DNA of 64,000 bases, from positions 5,120,001 through 5,184,000 of the forward strand of contig OZ244170.1 in NCBI GenBank assembly GCA_965216565.1. The letters run 5' to 3'. The stretch is from Bythopirellula sp. GTDB taxonomy: Bacteria > Planctomycetota > Planctomycetia > Pirellulales > Lacipirellulaceae. The position numbers and the translations under genes are program-made. Positions 49,981 through 59,565 of this stretch are shown piece after piece (position 1 is the first letter of the stretch; the number at the start of each line of letters is the position of its first letter). Below the pieces are notes generated by a model, which saw nothing but the letters and a program-made list of their open reading frames with translations, was not told the DNA's origin and made no database searches.

Positions 49981-50628
49981 CTATTTGCTGGATTGCAAAC
50001 TTAGAATGACACTCTCAACTTCGGTGCCGTGAGCGTGATAGGTGGCTACTTTTCGGAGCTCAAGCGATTTGAGTAACCCCCGGTGCCGCGCTTCACCCCG
50101 TTCTTCTAGCCAGCGCTGACCTTTTATGAGCAGAAGTTGATCGAACGCATCCCAGTAAGGGGCCATCCAAGTGAGGATCTTTGCCATCGAGGCCACGCCT
50201 CGGGCCGTTAGTGTATCGAAGGTCTCCAACTCCAGCACTTCCTCCGCTCGGCAGGCATTCACCTGAACGGAGAGTTCAAGCTCTTCGACGATGGCTTGTA
50301 CAACGCGAGCTTTCTTCTGGGTCGACTCGCAAACACTCACGCGCAAATCAGGCCGGCAAATCGCAATGATAAGTCCTGGCACCCCGCCGCCCGTGCCGAC
50401 GTCGAGCACACGCTCCCCCTTTTCCAGCAGATGAGCTAGCTGCAAGCTATCGGTGACGTCGCGATCGATGAACTTCTCGTACGTCGTATGCCGCGTTAGA
50501 TTGAGCTGTTCGTTCCAACGCCACAACGCAGCTCGATACCGATCGAGCACTATCAGCTGCTCCTCGGGTAGCTGGATGTCTCGTTCTTGCAGATGCTGCT
50601 GTAACAGCTGATGTTGGGAGTCGCTCAA
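49981..50628 (-). CDS. rsmG: 16S rRNA m7G527 methyltransferase
   Basis: WNEQLNLTR, VTDSL, VLDVGTGGGVPGL, ESTQKK, LTARGVA, LIKG. Confidence 0.93.
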   Translation of the reverse strand: MSDSQHQLLQQHLQERDIQLPEEQLIVLDRYRAALWRWNEQLNLTRHTTYEKFIDRDVTDSLQLAHLLEKGERVLDVGTGGGVPGLIIAICRPDLRVSVCESTQKKARVVQAIVEELELSVQVNACRAEEVLELETFDTLTARGVASMAKILTWMAPYWDAFDQLLLIKGQRWLEERGEARHRGLLKSLELRKVATYHAHGTEVESVILSLQSSK

Positions 50629-50743
50629 AATAGAATTTCCATAGCCGGGTGATTGCTAGCCGAGGATCAAGTATCTTGCATAGCAGGGCTGGCGCGAAGG
50701 GTCAGCCGAGGGTGCCTACCAATTTCTTCGTTCCCGTGGCTTC

Positions 50744-51643
50744 ATGTTTGGCATTTTAAATATCAACAAACCGAGCGGCTGGACGTCGCGAGACGTCGTG
50801 AATCGCATTTATGGCTTGCTCAAGCCTATGAAGGTGGGGCATACCGGTACGCTCGACCCGCTGGCGACAGGGGTATTGATCGTAGCGGTAGGCAAGGCGA
50901 CGCGGCTGATTCAATATTCGCACCGTCTGCCGAAACGCTACCGGGCGACTTTCCATTTGGGCCGAAGTAGCCCCAGCGACGACATCGACACCGACGTGCA
51001 GATTCACGAGGGTGCTCCTCAGCCAAGCAAGCTGGAACTCGAGGCGATGTTACCAGAATTTGTGGGGACGATTCAGCAAAGGCCCCCTGCCTACGCCGCG
51101 GTAAAGATCGAGGGCAAGCGGGCCTACAAACTGGCCCGTCGTGGCGAGGAGGTTCAGCTTGAGCCTCGACCGGTGAATGTTCATTCGCTGGAGCTCGTCG
51201 ACTACGAGTATCCGGAACTTGTCTTGGATATCAAATGCGGGAGCGGAACCTATGTGCGAGCCATTGGCCGCGATCTGGCAGAACGACTGGGCACGGTCGC
51301 AGTGATGTCTGCCTTGGAGCGAATCGAGATTGGCGGGCTCAATGTCTCGGCTGCAGTGGAAATGAGCGAATTGCGAGAAGAAGTTTCTCAGCATCTATCA
51401 TCGCCACTGAGTTTGGTGGAGTCGTTGGAGCGAGTCACCCTAACAGAAGAGCAGATACTGCGACTGCTAAATGGCCTGACCATCGAATTGCCAGAGACTC
51501 TCGTGCAACGCGCACCTTTGCCAACCGCAGAGTTGCAGCGGGAAATTGTGGGACTCGATTCGATGGATCGCATTGTTACGATCATAGAGAAGACACCGAC
51601 TGGTGAATTCAAACCACTGTGCAACTTTCCTCGATCGTTGTGA
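50744..51643 (+). CDS. truB: tRNA pseudouridine(55) synthase
   Basis: GILNINKPSGWTSRDVV, KVGHTGTLDPLATGVL, QRPPAYAAVKIEGKRAYKLAR, CGSGTYVRAI. Confidence 0.97.
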   Translation: MFGILNINKPSGWTSRDVVNRIYGLLKPMKVGHTGTLDPLATGVLIVAVGKATRLIQYSHRLPKRYRATFHLGRSSPSDDIDTDVQIHEGAPQPSKLELEAMLPEFVGTIQQRPPAYAAVKIEGKRAYKLARRGEEVQLEPRPVNVHSLELVDYEYPELVLDIKCGSGTYVRAIGRDLAERLGTVAVMSALERIEIGGLNVSAAVEMSELREEVSQHLSSPLSLVESLERVTLTEEQILRLLNGLTIELPETLVQRAPLPTAELQREIVGLDSMDRIVTIIEKTPTGEFKPLCNFPRSL

Positions 51644-52001
51644 TCGTTAGATTTCTGCCAGGAATCTGTATTACTAGCCATTTACTAGCGAACTCTTGGG
51701 CAGCTCTGGGCGTTCTAAGTCTTGCGAAGCGTATTTACCAAGAGCATTCGTAGCCTGTCGTGTCGGTTATAGGCCGTGCGCCAAGTCCTGCCTATCGTCC
51801 GTTCCAGGCAGTTCTTACCGAGGCTAGCCGCAGATGTGAATCTTGGCCGCTGCAGGTTCCGATAACTAAACGAGCAAGGTAGGGGCTATACGCGCCCAGA
51901 CTGCGCCACACGCCAGGATAGGCACCAGGGATATACGATAGGGCACGGATGGGCCCAGCGATCAGGCTGCAACTACCAGAAGGTAGGGCAGTCGGAAACC
52001 T

Positions 52002-55000
52002 ATGATTGCCCCGTCAATGTTCGAAAACCGAAGTATAAAATTCGATCTGCTGGCCATCTTGATGTTGGCCGCAACCGTGCTCGTTGGCATGTCGCTCCTC
52101 ACCTATGAGGCGACCGATCCACCCAGCACTCTGGTCTATCCCGCTCAAGATAATTATCAAAACGCTTGCGGGCCAATTGGTGCATACGTCGCGCACTATC
52201 TGCTCGAGAGCTTTGGCATTGGCGCCTACTATTTGGTTGGTTCGTTAGGCACTTTGTCGGTAGTCCTGCTTTGGCGGCGTGGTGTCGATCAGCCCGTATT
52301 GCGTGGCGTAGGCTGGGCAACATCGCTGGTAGCCATCGCCACACTCGCAGCGATGGCGTTGCCGCATTTTACTCCTGGTCCAGAAATTGGAGCCGGCGGC
52401 TATCTAGGAGCCATGGGGCGGGCGCTGCTCGAAACTCATTTTGCCAGTGCGGGCGCATTTATCCTGGCGCTCACCGTCTTGCTAGCCGGCATGCTGCTTT
52501 GCACAGATTACCTGTTGCTGAAGTTCGTCGCGGCTACGACGATCATTTCTGGTCGGAGTCTCGTTTCGCTAGGCCATTTGGGCGGCTCCAAGTCGACCCG
52601 CGGCAAAGATCGTCCTGAGACCGATCTGGAAGACGAATTCGAAGACGACGAAGAGGCAGAGTACGAAGACGACGAATACGAGTATGAAGATGAAGACGAC
52701 GGCGAGGAGGATTCAGCCGACGACGAGAATGAATACGAAGAAGAATACGAAGACGAAGACGAAGAGTGGGAAGAAGAAGACGAAGCCGACGAGTCCCCGC
52801 TCAAAGTCCGCACTCCCGCCGCTAAGCTAGCTGAAGAGGCGGCAGAAGCCGAGGGAGAAGCGTCTGCCCCTGGCGGTTTGAAGACCAAGCTGGCTAGCGC
52901 GCTGCGTATCAAGAAGAAAACTAAGCCGTCCGCCAAAGAGGCGGAAAAAGACGAGGTTCGACACCAACTTGAGGCCGCAGAGCAGGTCTCCGAGATCGAC
53001 GTCGACTACGAATTGCCGCCGCTCGATCTGCTGCTGGAATCGGACGAAGTCAGCTACGAAGAGCACGAGCGTGAAGTGCGTCGCAAAGCGAAGCTACTCG
53101 AAAAGACATTCCGCAACTTTGGCTTCAACGTAAAAGTCGTCGAGATCGAAACTGGCCCCGTAATCGCCCAGTACGAAGTTGAGCTGGAAGCTGGACTGCG
53201 ACTGGCGAAAATCACCAACTTGGCAGACGACCTGGCCATCGCACTGCGCGTGCCCAGTGTGCGTATCGTTGCGCCAATCCCCGGCAAGAATACAGTTGGC
53301 ATCGAAGTCCCCAACGAGAACCGCCAACTCGTTCGCCTGCGAGATGTCATTGAGGAGACCAATGGCCGGTCGAAACGGATGAAAATTCCCGTGTACTTGG
53401 GCAAAGATGTCTCGGGCAACCCGATGGTGGTCGACCTCACCTCACTGCCGCATCTGTTGATTGCTGGCCGGACGGGAACGGGTAAAAGTGTGTGCCTGAA
53501 TACCATCATCGTCTCGATGTTAATGAGTCGGGGTCCCGACGAAGTGCGGCTCCTGATGATCGATCCCAAGATGGTCGAACTCAGCGGGTACCGCAAGCTA
53601 CCGCACTTGATGCATCCGGTGGTGACAGACATGCGTAAAGCCGAGGCAATTCTGTCTTGGGCGGTCGACAAGATGGAGGAGCGTTATCAACTATTGGCAC
53701 GTGCCGGGGTAAGACACGTTACGGTCTACAATCAATTGAGCGAGGAGGAACTCCGCGACCGAATCCAGCCGAAGAGCGAAGCCGAATGGGAAACGATTCC
53801 TAAGCAGTTGCCTTTCGTAGTGATCGTGGCCGACGAAATGGCCGACTTGATGATGACCGCGGGCAAAGATGTCGAGCAGCACATTATTCGTCTGGCTCAA
53901 AAAAGTCGTGCCGTTGGCATTCACTTGATCCTTGCCACGCAGAAACCGACCGTCGACGTAATCACGGGCTTAATCAAATCGAACTTGCCCGCCCGGATTG
54001 CCTTCCAGGTGGCTAGCCGAACCGATAGCCGTGTGGTGCTCGATGAGATGGGTGCGGACAAACTTCTCGGCAACGGCGACATGTTGTTCCTCTCGCCAGG
54101 AACTAGCCAACTGCTGCGTGGCCAAGGGACATTCCTGTCCGATGATGAGATCACCTCTATTGTGGACTTCGTCGGAACCGATCAGCCGCAATTCGCCAAG
54201 GAGCTGATCGAGCTCAAAACTAAAGACGAAGAAGAGGCGGCAGCGCCGGGAGCGCTGAAAAATCGCGACGAACTGTACCAAGCTGCCGTCGATGTGGTGG
54301 TCCGCGAACGTCGTGGAAGCGTCTCGCTATTGCAGCGGTGCCTGGGCATTGGTTACGGACGAGCGGCGCGGCTCATCGATTTTATGGCCGAAGATGGTAT
54401 CGTCGGCGAGTACAACGGATCTCAGGCACGCGAGGTGATGGTCTCCGTCGAAGATTGGGAGGCAATGTCAGGCGATGGCGACCAATCAGCTGAGCAAGCC
54501 GACGGTCCCACCACGACGGCATCCGTACAGCCCAAGGAGCGCCGTACCAACAAGATAGTCCCCGGTGCCGATGAACCGAGCGACATCGAAGATCAGATCG
54601 AGGAAGAAGATCAGATTGAGGAAGTCGAAGAGCAAGACATCGCCGCACCATGGGAGGGCGATGACGACGAGAGCAGCGAATACGAAGACGACGAACTAGA
54701 AGACGAAGAGCTCGAAGAAGAGGAACTTAGAGACGAAGGTGAACTCAAAGACGAGGACGAACTCGAAGACGAAGGTGAATGGGAAGAGGAAGACGAGTGG
54801 GAAGACGAAGACGGCGAGGAGGCTTCAGCCGACGACGATCCGGAAGAAGATGAACTAGCCGAAGACGAAGAGTGGGAGGAAGACACCGATGAGGAAGAAA
54901 ACGAACTAGAAGACGACGAAGAATGGGAAGACGAAGACGACGAGGAAGCAGCAGCCGACGATGAACCAGAAGAAGACGAATTAGCCGAAGACGAGGAGTG

Positions 55001-55106
55001 GGAGGAAGACGAAGACGCTGAATACGAAGAAGATGAGTGGGAAGACGACGAGGAAGACGAGGACCTCGAGGACGAGGGCGACGAGCCCCTAGCCGAAAGT
55101 GCATAG
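52002..55106 (+). CDS. ftsK: DNA translocase FtsK with acidic linker and long acidic C-terminal tail
   Basis: N-terminal 4TM domain (NACGPIGAYVA); PHLLIAGRTGTGKS, IDPKMVEL, DEMADLMM, RLAQKSRAVGIHLILATQKP; gamma domain SVSLLQRCLGIGYGRAARLID. Confidence 0.97.
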   Translation: MIAPSMFENRSIKFDLLAILMLAATVLVGMSLLTYEATDPPSTLVYPAQDNYQNACGPIGAYVAHYLLESFGIGAYYLVGSLGTLSVVLLWRRGVDQPVLRGVGWATSLVAIATLAAMALPHFTPGPEIGAGGYLGAMGRALLETHFASAGAFILALTVLLAGMLLCTDYLLLKFVAATTIISGRSLVSLGHLGGSKSTRGKDRPETDLEDEFEDDEEAEYEDDEYEYEDEDDGEEDSADDENEYEEEYEDEDEEWEEEDEADESPLKVRTPAAKLAEEAAEAEGEASAPGGLKTKLASALRIKKKTKPSAKEAEKDEVRHQLEAAEQVSEIDVDYELPPLDLLLESDEVSYEEHEREVRRKAKLLEKTFRNFGFNVKVVEIETGPVIAQYEVELEAGLRLAKITNLADDLAIALRVPSVRIVAPIPGKNTVGIEVPNENRQLVRLRDVIEETNGRSKRMKIPVYLGKDVSGNPMVVDLTSLPHLLIAGRTGTGKSVCLNTIIVSMLMSRGPDEVRLLMIDPKMVELSGYRKLPHLMHPVVTDMRKAEAILSWAVDKMEERYQLLARAGVRHVTVYNQLSEEELRDRIQPKSEAEWETIPKQLPFVVIVADEMADLMMTAGKDVEQHIIRLAQKSRAVGIHLILATQKPTVDVITGLIKSNLPARIAFQVASRTDSRVVLDEMGADKLLGNGDMLFLSPGTSQLLRGQGTFLSDDEITSIVDFVGTDQPQFAKELIELKTKDEEEAAAPGALKNRDELYQAAVDVVVRERRGSVSLLQRCLGIGYGRAARLIDFMAEDGIVGEYNGSQAREVMVSVEDWEAMSGDGDQSAEQADGPTTTASVQPKERRTNKIVPGADEPSDIEDQIEEEDQIEEVEEQDIAAPWEGDDDESSEYEDDELEDEELEEEELRDEGELKDEDELEDEGEWEEEDEWEDEDGEEASADDDPEEDELAEDEEWEEDTDEEENELEDDEEWEDEDDEEAAADDEPEEDELAEDEEWEEDEDAEYEEDEWEDDEEDEDLEDEGDEPLAESA

Positions 55107-55341
55107 CTCGCCGTCCGCTTCTCTCTTGTAATCGTTACAGGCCCACCTCTTGTTGGGCCCAAAATCTACGACGCCCTTGTCCAGGCCCTCCTTGAGGCGC
55201 CTGCCGCTAGCCGATTGGCATCAGGCTGTTTATGATGCAGTGAGACGCCTTGTTGAGTGGGATTGTCCAGTTCCCCAGGCCGTTTAGCCGGCGACGCGGC
55301 CCTCTCCTCATTCTTTTCTTAGACCGGAAATCAATCAGCCT

Positions 55342-56106
55342 GTGGAACCGCTTAGCCAAACCATCATCGTTGTGCCATGCTACAACGAGGCGCAGCGGCT
55401 TCGCCTAGAGTGCTTTCAGCAATTCTTGGCTGAGCATCCGCAAATCCAATTCCTGTTTGTCGACGATGGCAGCAAAGACGGCACCGCGGACCTGTTGGAG
55501 CCGGCATGTGCAGCCCAGCCCGAGTCGCTGCGACTCCTCAAGCTTGCAGCCAACGGTGGCAAAGCCGAAGCGGTACGTGCCGGCTTCCTAAAAGCCTTTG
55601 AATCAAAGCCTGCCGCCGTTGGTTTTTGGGATGCCGATCTTTCCACGCCGCTGGACGAATTGCCACGGATGCTCGATATCTTAGAAAAGCGACCAGAGAT
55701 TGAAATGGTGTTCGGTGCCCGCGTGAATCTACTCGGTCGTTCGATTCGCAGAAAGTTGTCGCGTCACTACATTGGCCGCGTGTTTGCCACGTTCGTGGCC
55801 CAGCTTCTGGGGCTCGCAATTTACGATACCCAGTGCGGTGCCAAGGTGTTCCGCACCAGCGACGAGCTACAGAGCCTTTTCCAAGCCCCGTTTCTATCCC
55901 GCTGGATATTCGATGTAGAAATCATTGCGCGTTCGATCCAATCGCGGAAACGCGATAGCTTGCCGCCGACCTCTTCGATCATTTGCGAAATGCCTTTGAA
56001 AACCTGGGTCGATGTCGAAGGTTCGAAGCTGAAGCTCAAAGACTTTTTCCTCGTCGCCCGCGATCTGGTTCGCATCTACTTCAACACAATGCGATCTGCA
56101 AGGTAA
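55342..56106 (+). CDS. GT2 glycosyltransferase (polyprenol-phosphate glucosyltransferase-like)
   Basis: IVVPCYNEAQRL, FVDDGSKDGT, NGGKAEAVRAG, FWDADLSTP, DTQCGAKVF, WIFDVEI, GSKL. Confidence 0.93.
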   Translation: MEPLSQTIIVVPCYNEAQRLRLECFQQFLAEHPQIQFLFVDDGSKDGTADLLEPACAAQPESLRLLKLAANGGKAEAVRAGFLKAFESKPAAVGFWDADLSTPLDELPRMLDILEKRPEIEMVFGARVNLLGRSIRRKLSRHYIGRVFATFVAQLLGLAIYDTQCGAKVFRTSDELQSLFQAPFLSRWIFDVEIIARSIQSRKRDSLPPTSSIICEMPLKTWVDVEGSKLKLKDFFLVARDLVRIYFNTMRSAR

Positions 56107-56112
56107 TCGGCT

Positions 56113-57102
56113 ATGGAGTATTTATTAAGAAAGCTGGCCGCGTGTGTGCGAGGTTGCTTGCGAGCACTCACGACCCAGCGAAGTGAAGTCTCGCCGCTTA
56201 GCAAACTGCTTCGCGGTATTGTGCTTGTCCCCCTATTTGGCATGCTCTATGCCTCGTTGCGGGTATGGGTGCTAGTGAAAGGGCCGCTAGAAGTCGAGGC
56301 CACTACCTACTACGGCTGCACCTTCCGCTGCCGCATGCCGGATATGATTCAGACGTATCTCTATCTGTTTGAAATCTGGGAACCCGATCTGTCTGCGTTT
56401 ATCGATGATCGCATGCAGTCGGGAGGAACGTTTGTCGATGTTGGTGCAAACATTGGCTACCACACCCTATTGGCTGCTAAGCGACTTGCAGGACAGGTCG
56501 GTGGGGCAGGGCAGGGCGGCGGGGTGGCCATTGAATCGTCGCCAAAAGTGTTCGCGCTGCTGGAGCATTCGCTCGAGTCAAACAACCTGCAGCAGAACGT
56601 CCGCACTGTGAACAAGGCAGCGAGCGAGACCGTCGGCGTCCTGCCGTTGTTCGAAGGCCCCGACCAAAACATCGGCCTCAGCACGACCGTGCAGACGCGC
56701 GGGCTGCCCAGCGAGGGAGAAATTCCGGCTGCACCCTTGGGTGATCTGCTAAAAGCCGACGAAATTGCCAGTGCCAGATTGGTGAAGATTGATGTTGAAG
56801 GGGCCGAAGGGGCAGTCCTCGCAGGCATGAACTCGTTCTTGGACCAATGTCCCCAGGAAGTCGAGCTACTCGTTGAGCTCTCCCCAGAGTGGTGGGAAGA
56901 CCAGACTCTCACTCCCCAAGCAGTCTTACAACCCTTTCTGGATCGCGGATTTCACGTCTACGAAATAGAAAACAATCTTTGGCCTTGGCGATATTTGTGG
57001 CCGCAGGACGTCAGCCGTCCGCGTCGACTCAAACAGTCGCTTACCGAACGGGTACAACGATTGGATCTGGTGCTTTCGCGTACCGATGCGGAACAACTCT
57101 AA
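56113..57102 (+). CDS. FkbM family methyltransferase
   Basis: FVDVGANIGYHTL, AIES, LVKIDVEGAEGAVLAGM. Confidence 0.92.
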   Translation: MEYLLRKLAACVRGCLRALTTQRSEVSPLSKLLRGIVLVPLFGMLYASLRVWVLVKGPLEVEATTYYGCTFRCRMPDMIQTYLYLFEIWEPDLSAFIDDRMQSGGTFVDVGANIGYHTLLAAKRLAGQVGGAGQGGGVAIESSPKVFALLEHSLESNNLQQNVRTVNKAASETVGVLPLFEGPDQNIGLSTTVQTRGLPSEGEIPAAPLGDLLKADEIASARLVKIDVEGAEGAVLAGMNSFLDQCPQEVELLVELSPEWWEDQTLTPQAVLQPFLDRGFHVYEIENNLWPWRYLWPQDVSRPRRLKQSLTERVQRLDLVLSRTDAEQL

Positions 57103-57149
57103 ACTTTTCCCGAAATCGGCTCCAGCACCTTTCGCAAGAACAGGTGGTA

Positions 57150-59264
57150 TCAGAAGCCCCGCTTCTTGCGTTTCTCGTCTTTCTCGATTTGCTGTTTGAT
57201 CTGGTCGACTCTGTTTTGAGTTGAAAAGCGGTGCAGGTCCGAGCCGAATGGCCCGCGGAAGTGAGCGTGATCGAAGGCCTCGGCAGCCATTTCTTTCTCA
57301 CCCAATTTGTAGAGAAGCTGCCCTTTGGCGCCGTAGTAGGTCGCACTTCGCCGAGGGTTCAGGGCAATAGCACGATCCATCGTTTCCACAACTTTTCCCA
57401 CATCGGCCTGACGGGCATAGATCTCTGCGAGACGGTTGTGGACTCGCGATTCGTAGTAGTATTTGTCAACTGCCTGAGTGAGGATGTCAATTGCCAACTC
57501 CGTATCGCCGCGCGTCGCCGCACGCCGGGCTCGTGTGAGGAAAGCTTCGACTCCGTCTGGACTCACCTCTTCCACCGTGGGCAAGTCTTGGTCGTTCAGG
57601 GGCGAATCGGGGGGCAACAACAGAACGCCCCTGCCCCGATGAACCAATTCCCAGGGAGGATTGATCTTTGTCAGTTGGTCAGGAAACTGCTTGGGGTTCG
57701 ACGCCACCAAGGCAACATCGGCGGGATACTTCTTAATAAATTCGCCATTGAAATTCCCAGGCAGCAGGCGACTATGATAATCGTGATAGATTTCATCGCC
57801 GTAGAGTGTGTTGGCGCGGCCATCGAAAAACAGCTTATAGCCGGGAGCATTCAAGATGATAAATCCGCCCCAGTTGTAGTAGTTCAGCACACGCTTGTCC
57901 GGTTGCACCTCATTGAGCCAGGCGACCTGATCTTCTGGGTAGCGATCGGTCATCGCCCAATCGCGGAGCAGACTTTCGCCAAAGCGAACCTCGCTCCAGG
58001 TATAGCCAGCCACGAACAGGGCTAACACGCTCGCTCCAACGCCCACCCAGGGTGCCTTGGCTTGCGGAAGCAGCTCGTAAAGTTTGTCGCGGTAGTAAAC
58101 CAGGCAAATAGCTGCCAGCGGTGCCGCGGTTACGCAAAACAAGGGGATAAACCGCCGCGAACCACACGCGAGATAGAACGTCACAAAACTGAGCGCAATC
58201 AGATAGTTACCGGGCTTGTATTTGGAGTCCTTCTCCGAAATGTTCATCAAGTTGGTGACAAAGGCGCCGGTAAATACGAGGAGAATGAAAAGCATGTAGG
58301 GTTTCGTCGTCAGATCGCCACTTCTCAGATCTTGGAGCACATCGGGGTTGTTGTACTTCAACCACATCAACCCATTGATTAAGAGAATCACCCCCGTGAT
58401 CGAATACACCATCAGCTTAGGACGGCGACAACTAGCTCCAACCGCCGCCAACATGACGATCCACCAAAAGGTGCCCTCGAAATAATAGGGATCCAATCCG
58501 AACAACGGCGGGTTCCACTCCACCAATCCTCGGTACGGCGAATCTTTGAAAAAGTAATCGAGCTGAAACTCCGCGATCCACGGGCCGTAGGGATTTACCA
58601 TCCAAACGAAGAGGCACAACCCCACAGACACCCACTGCCACCAGGGGATCGAAAGTTCTTTTTCTTTGATTGATTGCTCGATGGTCCGCACCAAGACCAT
58701 CAGCCCCACCATGCCGATGCCAAAGACGAAACCGGCGTGCAAGTTCGTCCACAGCACTATCAACGGCGGCCATAACCATAGAGCCCACTTCTTGTGACGC
58801 GTCACCAGTACGATTGCCACCATCAGCAACGTGACGGGATGGGGTCGGACGTCGAGAAACCAGTGCGAAGCAATCGTCGCCAGCCAAACCGTCAATCCCG
58901 CGGCAAACATCGACTTGGTCGCTTCATACGCCAGCATGAACACCAGCGTGAAGATCACCACATACAACCCAATCGTAAACCAAGCCACGGCGTCCGGCGT
59001 GATCTGATAGATCTTCCAGTACAGGACGTCCCACAACCATTCGTGGTTGGTCCACTCCTTGCCGCCGTAGGTGTGCGAAAACGGATCGGTCCGTGGAACC
59101 GCACCCCGCTCCCAAATATCGCGCCCCGCAGCCAGGTGCCAAAATAGGTCGGAGCCCATGATGAACTGCTGGAAAAACCAAGCCGTCACCGCAGCAAAGA
59201 TGGCAGCCGGGGCCAAGAGACTACGGTTAAACTTCTCCAAACTATCAGACTGTGGTTCTTCCAT
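57150..59264 (-). CDS. Polytopic membrane protein (GT-C-like) with C-terminal TPR repeats
   Basis: DLFWHLAAG after TM1, DPFS, NHEWL, RP, LWTNLHAGF, NPYG, NYYNWGGF, FFDGRA; more than 10 TM segments; TPR-like tail. Confidence 0.8.
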   Translation of the reverse strand: MEEPQSDSLEKFNRSLLAPAAIFAAVTAWFFQQFIMGSDLFWHLAAGRDIWERGAVPRTDPFSHTYGGKEWTNHEWLWDVLYWKIYQITPDAVAWFTIGLYVVIFTLVFMLAYEATKSMFAAGLTVWLATIASHWFLDVRPHPVTLLMVAIVLVTRHKKWALWLWPPLIVLWTNLHAGFVFGIGMVGLMVLVRTIEQSIKEKELSIPWWQWVSVGLCLFVWMVNPYGPWIAEFQLDYFFKDSPYRGLVEWNPPLFGLDPYYFEGTFWWIVMLAAVGASCRRPKLMVYSITGVILLINGLMWLKYNNPDVLQDLRSGDLTTKPYMLFILLVFTGAFVTNLMNISEKDSKYKPGNYLIALSFVTFYLACGSRRFIPLFCVTAAPLAAICLVYYRDKLYELLPQAKAPWVGVGASVLALFVAGYTWSEVRFGESLLRDWAMTDRYPEDQVAWLNEVQPDKRVLNYYNWGGFIILNAPGYKLFFDGRANTLYGDEIYHDYHSRLLPGNFNGEFIKKYPADVALVASNPKQFPDQLTKINPPWELVHRGRGVLLLPPDSPLNDQDLPTVEEVSPDGVEAFLTRARRAATRGDTELAIDILTQAVDKYYYESRVHNRLAEIYARQADVGKVVETMDRAIALNPRRSATYYGAKGQLLYKLGEKEMAAEAFDHAHFRGPFGSDLHRFSTQNRVDQIKQQIEKDEKRKKRGF

Positions 59265-59342
59265 AAGGCATGTCGAAAGCGCAAAGCGAATAGGTTGGCA
59301 AACAATTCCGAAATCCGCAATCCGCATTCCGAAATCGACAAG

Positions 59343-59416
<74 letters not shown>

Positions 59417-59565
59417 GTTGGTAGCCCCTGAGTATAGCTGCTGCGCTTAGAGGGAGAAACCGGTATTGCTTGCGGCCAGCCTCTTCTCGGTTGGATATTA
59501 AAATCAGTGTGATGTCGCCCTAGCGATTCACAATAATATTCGTGTTGATCCGTGCTATTCGTGGT

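Noticed and set aside
54611..55162. Poly-Ser and Arg/Leu-rich minus-strand ORFs (also 52508-52936)
   Set aside because: They are reverse complements of the GAA/GAC-rich acidic tracts of ftsK.
57231..58025. 264-aa + strand ORF inside the membrane-protein gene
   Set aside because: It is an antisense shadow with no recognisable motifs.
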